Part shown: piece after piece, positions 35,742 through 46,100 of the stretch
How positions within the stretch are numbered: position 1 is the stretch's first letter
Layout of the letters: each line of letters begins with the position of its first letter
Source: Macrostomum lignano
Taxonomy: Eukaryota
Length of the DNA: 64,000 nt
NCBI GenBank assembly: GCA_002269645.1
Contig: NIVC01004022.1
Coordinates: 79-64,078, forward strand
Direction: 5' to 3'
The notes under the pieces: generated by a model
Seen by the model: the letters and a program-made list of their open reading frames with translations, nothing else
Told to the model about the DNA's origin: nothing
Databases searched by the model: none
Program-made: the position numbers and the translations under genes

Positions 35742-37199
35742 TTGCTAGACATAAACGAAAAAGTAAAAAAACCCAAACCTTATGATGATAAATCACATGC
35801 TATTCGAATTAAATCGCTCCGAGAAAACTCGCCATTCTTTAGCCTGTTTCTGGCAAGGCAGAAAATAATTGACAGCACTGAGCCTTCTAACACGCCTTTC
35901 GAAAAATATTATTCTCCGCAGCTGCTGATTTACCTTCTAAAAAACTGGTGCAGCCTGGCGCCTCTCTTTTGTCATTTTATAGCTGCTCTAAAAAGATTTG
36001 AGAAGAAAAAGAGCTGGTTTTCAAATTCATACGTTGAATCATACTTTGCCGACGAGAAATCACGCATATCAAAGAGAGGAAAGAGAACTTTTTATAAATT
36101 CATTTTGCAACCAGGCTTGGGACTGGCTTGCTTCAAGGAAAGCACGACATGCTTTGTTGAGATGCAGTTGAAGTACTTGAAAGCTCGCATATCTGCATTC
36201 AATATATTTAACAAGTGTGGAAAAGCTACATTGTCAGGACGAAAGAGAAAGCGTGAGGACATTTCATCATGCCAGGAGGAGTGGAAAAAACGTGAATCAA
36301 ATACGCGCTTGAAATATAAACGGCAGAAAACAAGTCAAAGAGCCCACCGTACAAACCCAATGACATCTGGTCCATCAGGCACGCACGACCAAGAGCACTC
36401 AGAGGTTTGGTACACTCGGGCGGGAGACTTCCTGAGCAGGTACGACAAAGATTCGTTAGCACCAGGGCAGTGGCTGTCCATCGGCATCGTGAATGCTTTT
36501 TTCCATCTTCTCTGCGTTAGCAACCCGGATCGTGAAGTTGGTCACTTGCCGTCCAGCTTCTTCAACTGCATCCGAAACGTAGATTCGAATGATGCGCTGA
36601 GGATGCTACAGAACACTGTTTCAACCGGTTGCAAGCGCCTACTGAGTCCCATTTTAGAAAACGACCACTTTCACTTAGTCTATATTGATTTGAACACAAA
36701 GCAACTTGCAGTCTTAGACACAAGGCCAATTAGGAACAGCGACATAACAAATCGATACATTGAGCTTTGGCACAGGTTCATCAACACGGCCCAAGTAAAG
36801 ATGTGCGTTCCTAGTGTTCAAGGAAAATATAGGAATAAATCGATGCTAAGATCCATTCAAGCAGATGGCTACAACTGTGGAGTCTTTGTGTGCTTGTACG
36901 CAAAAGTATTGATCACATCTAACGATAATGAATTCAGGTCTTTGTGCTTTCCAACTTCGAGGCAATTTTTTAACAAAGCAAGAACCCATATTTGGGAATA
37001 TTTAGAAGGCACAGCCTATTCGAATAATGGAAACGCAAACTCGTGCATACTCTGCAACGAAGCAGAAGCCAGAGAGAGTGGTACTTGGCTACAATGCGAC
37101 CTCTGTGACTCATGGATGCACATTGAATGCGCCTCTCCAGAGATGCTCCAGCGCCACAGCGCTCATAGCTATGTGTGCTGCTGCGTGCCATACAACTAA
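35742..37199 (+). CDS. Transposase C-terminal half: catalytic E, Ulp1/C48 cysteine protease, PHD finger
   Basis: NSYVESYF (E at 36036). GQWLSIGIVNAF, NDHFHLVYID (H 36666), VLDT (D 36717), QADGYNCGVFVC (C 36876). CILC...WLQCDLCDSWMHIEC...YVCCC. This frame is open from 35622 and overlaps the previous ORF, so one extra G at 35665-35667 fuses them. Confidence 0.85.
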   Translation: MLDINEKVKKPKPYDDKSHAIRIKSLRENSPFFSLFLARQKIIDSTEPSNTPFEKYYSPQLLIYLLKNWCSLAPLFCHFIAALKRFEKKKSWFSNSYVESYFADEKSRISKRGKRTFYKFILQPGLGLACFKESTTCFVEMQLKYLKARISAFNIFNKCGKATLSGRKRKREDISSCQEEWKKRESNTRLKYKRQKTSQRAHRTNPMTSGPSGTHDQEHSEVWYTRAGDFLSRYDKDSLAPGQWLSIGIVNAFFHLLCVSNPDREVGHLPSSFFNCIRNVDSNDALRMLQNTVSTGCKRLLSPILENDHFHLVYIDLNTKQLAVLDTRPIRNSDITNRYIELWHRFINTAQVKMCVPSVQGKYRNKSMLRSIQADGYNCGVFVCLYAKVLITSNDNEFRSLCFPTSRQFFNKARTHIWEYLEGTAYSNNGNANSCILCNEAEARESGTWLQCDLCDSWMHIECASPEMLQRHSAHSYVCCCVPYN

Positions 37200-37240
37200 A
37201 GTTTTTCTTTGACTTTCACCGGCTTTGTGCGAACACATTG

Positions 37241-37314
37241 TTGTAAATACTCGTCTGCGTATTTTGCATATAGTATCTGAAATTGTAAATACTCGTCTGC
37301 GTATTTTGCATATA
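37241..37314 (+). repeat. 32 bp direct duplication in the AT-rich 3' region
   Basis: ttgtaaatactcgtctgcgtattttgcatata at 37241-37272 and 37283-37314. Confidence 0.9.
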
Positions 37315-37989
37315 CGCTCGTAGTATCTGATTTCTTAAATTGAAAATATTATATTTGTAATACATAATATCGAAGATCTTCCGTATATTATATAATATTC
37401 GACATACATAATATCTTAAATTTTCTATATAATATCCAAATATTTATTATCTATATCTTCATAATATCCAATATCTTCTGTATAAAAACATGACATTAAC
37501 TAGAAAACATAAACATTTAGCATAACAAAGCTAATACCTTATACAGTAAAAACTTGTACATGCTAAATATCATACGCATGAGAGAGCCAATAGCTCAGCA
37601 AAGAATACAATGCGGAAAATGCTCAAACAACATTTCTTTGTGCATTTAACGAATTTTCTGCAAATCACAAAAACTTTGTGAGAAACTCTGCCAAAGCCAG
37701 TCCCAAGCCTGGTTGCAAAAAGAGGAGGGTAGCAAAGTTAACGAATTCACAAGCATGGCAAAAACATGTTATAAAAAATTGCAATGAACAGGTGACCAAG
37801 AAAAAAACCTTTAGCCAACCGGACCGAAAGGAACAAGAAGACGCAGGGGTCGCGGCGAAAAGTCGGGCGAAACGAGCCCAGCGAGAGCGAGTGTATTTGA
37901 CGCGAAATTGAAGTACGAGTATTACAAGCAATGAGATAAATGAAGAGGGATAAAAAGAGGGGAAAGGCAGAGGGAAAAGGCAAGCGCAC

Positions 37990-38135
37990 AAGAAAAAAAA
38001 TTTAGCCAAGCATGCCAACGCTGAGGCACAGAGTACGCGAATAAAAAGGGCAACGCGACCCCAACCCCCACCACCCCACACCACGCGCACAACACACCGC
38101 ACCCACACCCCCACCCAGCACAGAGGCAGAGGCTC
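37990..38135 (-). repeat. Direct repeat copy 2 of the Ngaro-like element
   Basis: aaaaaaatttagccaagcatgccaacgctgaggcacagagtacgcgaataaaaaggg...cacacccccacccagc matches 39970-40100. Confidence 0.8.
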
Positions 38136-38139
38136 GGTT

Positions 38140-38880
38140 GCACTCAGCTTCTGTCCTCGCCATGACAAGAAAATCATCTATGAAGACAATGGTGGCCAGG
38201 AAGCCTTTGCGGCATATCATACGCCGAACCGCTTGAGTGAGACGATGGAAGATGCTGACAGAGGCACGACTGCCGAATGTTAGCCGCGTGTTCACTAAGT
38301 AAGCCGAGCGCCCGTCACCGAAGTCCCAGTGAATCCCGGTGGCTTGGTAGCACTGCGGAGAAATAGGCACAGCACGGTAGGCGGACGCGATGTCAACCAT
38401 GAATCAGCCCGGCTGCATCAAATTAACGGCCTCATCGACAGAAGTGAAGCGGAGCTTGCGCTGCTGGGCGTAGTGGTCGTTCAGGCTTTGGCGGTGAGGA
38501 ACGGAGCAGTCGTGGATCAGCCGGATGCTGGCACTGTCCCTAGGAATCGCGCCGAGTTTGCAGACCATCGCGGGCTTGTCCGCCACCGGGATGTATAATC
38601 TGCCCAGACGGATTTCTTCTTCTAGGGCTGCTTGGACTTGGTCGCGTTTTTGGTAGGAGGATTTGTAGTTGCGTAGAAAACAGGGCGTAAAATCAAGGTC
38701 ATCAGCGATAGGGAAGCCATGCTTGATGCTGTCAAGAATAAAATCAGCGTCGTGGTCACCGGCGAGCTCCTGGCGCCAGGCGTCGATTCGAAGATGACCA
38801 GACGGCCGCGTCAGAGCAGAGATTTGAGTAAGCGGCCTGAGGAGGCCTGCCGCTAGGGCAGGCTGCGTCGGGTTGTTAAA
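38140..38880 (-). pseudogene. Ngaro/DIRS-type reverse transcriptase, truncated just after the catalytic DD
   Basis: LRIDAWRQELAGDHDADFILDSIKHGFPI, KLGAIPRD...IRLIHDCSVP..SLND, G*FMVDIASAYRAVPI, TRLTFGSRASVSIFHRLT, VFIDDFLV (DD at 38173-38178). In-frame stop at 38404-38406. Confidence 0.88.
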
Positions 38881-38927
38881 ATCAGAAGGCGTAAAATCGG
38901 CTGTGCGCGCGCAATCGGCGACCTTTC

Positions 38928-39940
38928 TTAGTTTTTTGAGTGATTCTGCTCAGAGTGGTTGCCCTCGCAAACTCGGCAGGCATGCAGATAGTGGCAGTTC
39001 GTTCTTGAGCATCCATTGGTGCTGTTGAAAGACAGACAAAGCTCACGACCCGAGGATGTTCGCGGCCCAACGATGCGGTTCTTGTTAGGCTGGGGACGCC
39101 TGGCTGTCTGGTTTTGCTGGTCAGTCTTGGTGCTGAGCAGGTGCCTGATAGACATCTGGGAGCAGTCTTTGCTCCAGCGGAGACTGTTGGCGGCGCGGTG
39201 CTGGCGGGAGTCGTGGTCGAATCGGACCACCCGGTGCACTGGGAGTCGGTCGAAAAGCTCGGCCACTTGGATGTTGTACCGAGCGTAGTCCTTGGCTTGT
39301 TCTACCGGGGTGTACGGCTGGCCCTTGCTAGTTACCTGATGCGACGTCTCGCCGAGCATCTGCAGCAGGATCCTCATGCTGCCTGATAGCCACTGTCCGA
39401 CTGTCATGCCGTCTAATTTAGTTGTCGACTTCTTGATTGAACACCAGTCCGCCTGAGCTGCCCCGGGTGAGCAGCTCGTCTGCTTGGCCCGAAAGGTCGT
39501 CGACGAAGTCTTTGACGAGCAGACACGGCATCTCAGTCGGTCGGGGACTGGCATTCGGCCAGACGGTGCCTGTTTGGTTCGGGATTTCAGCGAAAATGTT
39601 TTGATGCTCACCTGATTCCGTACCTGATGTTGCACTGGCTCGGTCTCGCAACTCCCGCTCCCGCGTTTGTAGCTCCACGAGCTGCAGCCGCTTCTGGGCC
39701 CGCCGGATCTCACCGTCCAGGTCCGCCTCCTGCGTGTCCCGGCCTCGCAGCTCCGTCCGCTCGCCCCGTGATGCCATTCGATCTGAGTGCTGTGCTGCAT
39801 CCGCTTGGATCTCTGTCTGATCGATGTGCTGGCACAGACTGGCTAGTAAGGCTGCTTTGTTGCCTGCCGTTCATAGCCCCTGGCTACCAAGCTCATTCTT
39901 GAGTTGTTTGGCTGTTAGCTTGTCAGCAATATCTTGTCAG
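38928..39940 (-). pseudogene. Ngaro-type gag with an N-terminal SAP-like motif and C-terminal zinc fingers
   Basis: LTAKQLKNELGSQGL*TAGNKAALLASL (about 39835-39925), LDGMTVGQWLSGSMRIL, DYARYNIQVAEL...VVRFDHDSRQHRA, CLSFNSTNGCSRTNCHYLHACRVCEGNHSEQNH. One stop and one frameshift near 39430. Confidence 0.75.
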
Positions 39941-39969
39941 TGATTGGCAGTGCGATATCGATATCTTAG

Positions 39970-40100
39970 GTAGCCAAAAAAATTTTAGCCAAGCACGCCA
40001 ACGCTAAAGGGCAGAGTACATGAATAAAAGGGCCAACCCACACCTCAACCCTAACGGCAAACCCAACCCTCACCACCCACACCCCACCCAGCGGGAAAAG
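39970..40100 (-). repeat. Direct repeat copy 1 of the Ngaro-like element
   Basis: aaaaaaattttagccaagcacgccaacgctaaagggcagagtacatgaataaaaggg...cacaccccacccagc. Confidence 0.8.
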
Positions 40101-40193
40101 GCACCGGACCCGCTCAGCTAAAATCGATTATAGAGCAAGTAAAACCGGCCATGAAATCAAAACATTGTTTCGGGAAATTCTCATCCAGCTGAC

Positions 40194-43100
40194 AAAGTAC
40201 TTTCTGCAGCTGAGTGTACTGAGCACTTGGGAGTCTGTAAGTTCGAGTAGGGAACAGATGGAGCCTTGGCGTCTCTCAGGCTTCTAGATTGATAATGTTT
40301 CCTTCCAGATCTCAGTTTTCAGCTTCGTACTCACAATGGTTCCTCGAAGTACACTAGTACTTTCTGCAGCTGAGTGTACTGAGCAGGGGGACTTGGGAGT
40401 CTGTAAGTTCGAGTAGGGAACAGATGGAGCCTTGGCGTCTTGTAGGCTTCTAGATTGATAATGTTTCCTTCCAGATCTCAGTTTTCAGCTTCGTACTCAC
40501 AATGGTTCCTGTCGAAGTACACTAAAGTACTTTCTGCATATTAATGTACTGAGCAGGGGGGACTTGGGAGTCTGTAAGTTCGAGCACAGATGGAGCCTTG
40601 GCGTCTTGTAGGCTTCTAGATTGATAATGTTTCCTTCCAGATCTCAGTTTTCAGCTTCGTACTCACAATGGTTCCTGTCGAAGTACACTAAAGTACTTTC
40701 TGCATATTAATGTACTGAGCGGGGGGGGGGACTTGGGAGTCTGTAAGTTCGAGTAGGGAACAGATGGAGCCTTGGCGTCTTGTAGGCTTCTAGATTGATA
40801 ATGTTTCCTTCCAGATCTCAGTTTTCAGCTTCGTACTCACAATGGTTCCTGTCGAAGTACACTAAAGTACTTTCTGCATATTAATGTACTGAGCAGGGGG
40901 GACTTGGGAGTCTGTAAGTTCGAGCAGGGAACAGATGGAGCCTTGGCGTCTTGCAGGCTTCTAGATTGATAATGTTTCCTTCCAGATCTCAGTTTTCAGC
41001 TTCGTACTCACAATGGTTCCTGTCGAAGTACACTAAAGTACTTTCTGCATATTAATGTACTGAGCAGGGGGGACTTGGGAGTCTGTAAGTTCGAGTAGGG
41101 AACAGATGGAGCCTTGGCGTCTTGCAGGCTTCTAGATTGATAATGTTTCCTTCCAGATCTCAGTTTTCAGCTTCGTACTCACAATGGTTCCTGTCGAAGT
41201 ACACTAAAGTACTTTCTGCAGCTGAGTGTACTGAGCAGGGGGGACTTGGGAGTCTGTAAGTTCGAGTAGGGAACAGATGGAGCCTTGGCGTCTTGCAGGC
41301 TTCTAGATTGATAATGTTTCCTTCCAGATCTCAGTTTTCAGCTTCGTACTCACAATGGTTCCTGTCGAAGTACACTAAAGTACTTTCTGCATATGTACTG
41401 AGCAGGGGGGACTTGGGAGTCTGTAAGTTCGAGTAGGGAACAGATGGAGCCTTGGCGTCTTGTAGGCTTCTAGATTGATAATGTTTCCTTCCAGATCTCA
41501 GTTTTCAGCTTCGTACTCACAATGGTTCCTGTCGAAGTACACTAAAGTACTTTCTGCATGAGTGTACTGAGCAGGGGGACTTGGGAGTCTGTAAGTTCGA
41601 GTAGGGAACAGATGGAGCCTTGGCGTCTTGTAGGCTTCTAGATTGATAATGTTTCCTTCCAGATCTCAGTTTTCAGCTTCGTACTCACAATGGTTCCTGT
41701 CGAAGTACACTAAAGTACTTTCTGCATATTAATGTACTGAGCAGGGGGGACTTGGGAGTCTGTAAGTTCGAGTAGGGAACAGATGGAGCCTTGGCGTCTT
41801 GTAGGCTTCTAGATTGATAATGTTTCCTTCCAGATCTCAGTTTTCAGCTTCGTACTCACAATGGTTCCTGTCGAAGTACACTAAAGTACTTTCTGCATAT
41901 TAATGTACTGAGCAGGGGGACTTGGGAGTCTGTAAGTTCGAGTAGGGAACAGATGGAGCCTTGGCGTCTTGTAGGCTTCTAGATTGATAATGTTTCCTTC
42001 CAGATCTCAGTTTTCAGCTTCGTACTCACAATGGTTCCTGTCGAAGTACACTAAAGTACTTTCTGCATATTAATGTACTGAGCAGGGGGGACTTGGGAGT
42101 CTGTAAGTTCGAGTAGGGAACAGATGGAGCCTTGGCGTCTTGTAGGCTTCTAGATTGATAATGTTTCCTTCCAGATCTCAGTTTTCAGCTTCGTACTCAC
42201 AATGGTTCCTGTCGAAGTACACTAAAGTACTTTCTGCATATTAATGTACTGAGCAGGGGGGACTTGGGAGTCTGTAAGTTCGAGTAGGGAACAGATGGAG
42301 CCTTGGCGTCTTGTAGGCTTCTAGATTGATAATGTTTCCTTCCAGATCTCAGTTTTCAGCTTCGTACTCACAATGGTTCCTGTCGAAGTACACTAAAGTA
42401 CTTTCTGCATATTAATGTACTGAGCAGGGGGGACTTGGGAGTCTGTAAGTTCGAGTAGGGAACAGATGGAGCCTTGGCGTCTTGTAGGCTTCTAGATTGA
42501 TAATGTTTCCTTCCAGATCTCAGTTTTCAGCTTCGTACTCACAATGGTTCCTGTCGAAGTACACTAAAGTACTTTCTGCATATTAATGTACTGAGCAGGG
42601 GGACTTGGGAGTCTGTAAGTTCGAGTAGGGAACAGATGGAGCCTTGGCGTCTTGTAGGCTTCTAGATTGATAATGTTTCCTTCCAGATCTCAGTTTTCAG
42701 CTTCGTACTCACAATGGTTCCTGTCGAAGTACACTAAAGTACTTTCTGCATATTAATGTACTGAGCAGGGGGGACTTGGGAGTCTGTAAGTTCGAGTAGG
42801 GAACAGATGGAGCCTTGGCGTCTTGTAGGCTTCTAGATTGATAATGTTTCCTTCCAGATCTCAGTTTTCAGCTTCGTACTCACAATGGTTCCTGTCGAAG
42901 TACACTAAAGTACTTTCTGCATATTAATGTACTGAGCAGGGGGGACTTGGGAGTCTGTAAGTTCGAGTAGGGAACAGATGGAGCCTTGGCGTCTTGTAGG
43001 CTTCTAGATTGATAATGTTTCCTTCCAGATCTCAGTTTTCAGCTTCGTACTCACAATGGTTCCTGTCGAAGTACACTAAAGTACTTTCTGCATATTAATG

Positions 43101-46100
43101 TACTGAGCAGGGGGGACTTGGGAGTCTGTAAGTTCGAGTAGGGAACAGATGGAGCCTTGGCGTCTTGTAGGCTTCTAGATTGATAATGTTTCCTTCCAGA
43201 TCTCAGTTTTCAGCTTCGTACTCACAATGGTTCCTGTCGAAGTACACTAAAGTACTTTCTGCATATTAATGTACTGAGCAGGGGGGACTTGGGAGTCTGT
43301 AAGTTCGAGTAGGGAACAGATGGAGCCTTGGCGTCTTGTAGGCTTCTAGATTGATAATGTTTCCTTCCAGATCTCAGTTTTCAGCTTCGTACTCACAATG
43401 GTTCCTGTCGAAGTACACTAAAGTACTTTCTGCATATTAATGTACTGAGCAGGGGGGACTTGGGAGTCTGTAAGTTCGAGTAGGGAACAGATGGAGCCTT
43501 GGCGTCTTGTAGGCTTCTAGATTGATAATGTTTCCTTCCAGATCTCAGTTTTCAGCTTCGTACTCACAATGGTTCCTGTCGAAGTACACTAAAGTACTTT
43601 CTGCATATTAATGTACTGAGCAGGGGGGACTTGGGAGTCTGTAAGTTCGAGTAGGGAACAGATGGAGCCTTGGCGTCTTGTAGGCTTCTAGATTGATAAT
43701 GTTTCCTTCCAGATCTCAGTTTTCAGCTTCGTACTCACAATGGTTCTGTCGAAGTACACTAAAGTACTTTCTGCATATTAATGTACTGAGCAGGGGGACT
43801 TGGGAGTCTGTAAGTTCGAGTAGGGAACAGATGGAGCCTTGGCGTCTTGTAGGCTTCTAGATTGATAATGTTTCCTTCCAGATCTCAGTTTTCAGCTTCG
43901 TACTCACAATGGTTCCTGTCGAAGTACACTAAAGTACTTTCTGCATATTAATGTACTGAGCAGGGGGGACTTGGGAGTCTGTAAGTTCGAGTAGGGAACA
44001 GATGGAGCCTTGGCGTCTTGTAGGCTTCTAGATTGATAATGTTTCCTTCCAGATCTCAGTTTTCAGCTTCGTACTCACAATGGTTCCTGTCGAAGTACAC
44101 TAAAGTACTTTCTGCATATTAATGTACTGAGCAGGGGGACTTGGGAGTCTGTAAGTTCGAGTAGGGAACAGATGGAGCCTTGGCGTCTTGTAGGCTTCTA
44201 GATTGATAATGTTTCCTTCCAGATCTCAGTTTTCAGCTTCGTACTCACAATGGTTCCTGTCGAAGTACACTAAAGTACTTTCTGCATATGTACTGAGCAG
44301 GGGGGACTTGGGAGTCTGTAAGTTCGAGTAGGGAACAGATGGAGCCTTGGCGTCTTGTAGGCTTCTAGATTGATAATGTTTCCTTCCAGATCTCAGTTTT
44401 CAGCTTCGTACTCACAATGGTTCCTGTCGAAGTACACTAAAGTACTTTCTGCATATTAATGTACTGAGCAGGGGGACTTGGGAGTCTGTAAGTTCGAGTA
44501 GGGAACAGATGGAGCCTTGGCGTCTTGTAGGCTTCTAGATTGATAATGTTTCCTTCCAGATCTCAGTTTTCAGCTTCGTACTCACAATGGTTCCTGTCGA
44601 AGTACACTAAAGTACTTTCTGCATATTAATGTACTGAGCAGGGGGGACTTGGGAGTCTGTAAGTTCGAGTAGGGAACAGATGGAGCCTTGGCGTCTTGTA
44701 GGCTTCTAGATTGATAATGTTTCCTTCCAGATCTCAGTTTTCAGCTTCGTACTCACAATGGTTCCTGTCGAAGTACACTAAAGTACTTTCTGCATATTAA
44801 TGTACTGAGCAGGGGGACTTGGGAGTCTGTAAGTTCGAGTAGGGAACAGATGGAGCCTTGGCGTCTTGTAGGCTTCTAGATTGATAATGTTTCCTTCCAG
44901 ATCTCAGTTTTCAGCTTCGTACTCACAATGGTTCCTGTCGAAGTACACTAAAGTACTTTCTGCATATTAATGTACTGAGCAGGGGGGACTTGGGAGTCTG
45001 TAAGTTCGAGTAGGGAACAGATGGAGCCTTGGCGTCTTGTAGGCTTCTAGATTGATAATGTTTCCTTCCAGATCTCAGTTTTCAGCTTCGTACTCACAAT
45101 GGTTCCTGTCGAAGTACACTAAAGTACTTTCTGCATATTAATGTACTGAGCAGGGGGACTTGGGAGTCTGTAAGTTCGAGTAGGGAACAGATGGAGCCTT
45201 GGCGTCTTGTAGGCTTCTAGATTGATAATGTTTCCTTCCAGATCTCAGTTTTCAGCTTCGTACTCACAATGGTTCCTGTCGAAGTACACTAAAGTACTTT
45301 CTGCATATTAATGTACTGAGCAGGGGGACTTGGGAGTCTGTAAGTTCGAGTAGGGAACAGATGGAGCCTTGGCGTCTTGTAGGCTTCTAGATTGATAATG
45401 TTTCCTTCCAGATCTCAGTTTTCAGCTTCGTACTCACAATGGTTCCTGTCGAAGTACACTAAAGTACTTTCTGCATATTAATGTACTGAGCAGGGGGGAC
45501 TTGGGAGTCTGTAAGTTCGAGTAGGGAACAGATGGAGCCTTGGCGTCTTGTAGGCTTCTAGATTGATAATGTTTCCTTCCAGATCTCAGTTTTCAGCTTC
45601 GTACTCACAATGGTTCCTGTCGAAGTACACTAAAGTACTTTCTGCATATTAATGTACTGAGCAGGGGGGACTTGGGAGTCTGTAAGTTCGAGTAGGGAAC
45701 AGATGGAGCCTTGGCGTCTTGTAGGCTTCTAGATTGATAATGTTTCCTTCCAGATCTCAGTTTTCAGCTTCGTACTCACAATGGTTCCTGTCGAAGTACA
45801 CTAAAGTACTTTCTGCATATTAATGTACTGAGCAGGGGGACTTGGGAGTCTGTAAGTTCGAGTAGGGAACAGATGGAGCCTTGGCGTCTTGTAGGCTTCT
45901 AGATTGATAATGTTTCCTTCCAGATCTCAGTTTTCAGCTTCGTACTCACAATGGTTCCTGTCGAAGTACACTAAAGTACTTTCTGCATATTAATGTACTG
46001 AGCAGGGGGGACTTGGGAGTCTGTAAGTTCGAGTAGGGAACAGATGGAGCCTTGGCGTCTTGTAGGCTTCTAGATTGATAATGTTTCCTTCCAGATCTCA

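Larger units (their letters stand above)
37660..40110 (-). mobile_element. Decayed, internally deleted Ngaro/DIRS-type retrotransposon
   Basis: gag and overlapping RT on the minus strand, flanked by diverged direct repeats of about 150 bp (37990-38135 and 39970-40100). No RNase H or tyrosine recombinase is seen. The left boundary is approximate. Confidence 0.7.

Noticed and set aside
38329-39902. Plus-strand ORFs over the Ngaro fragment
   Set aside because: They are antisense shadows of the GC-rich gag/RT sequence with no recognisable motifs.
40040-40075. Telomere-like aaccct motifs
   Set aside because: They are isolated, non-tandem matches inside the C-rich direct repeat.
40380-40430. G-quadruplex in the monomer (G6, G3, G3)
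   Set aside because: There are only three G-runs, with an 18 nt loop; weak support.
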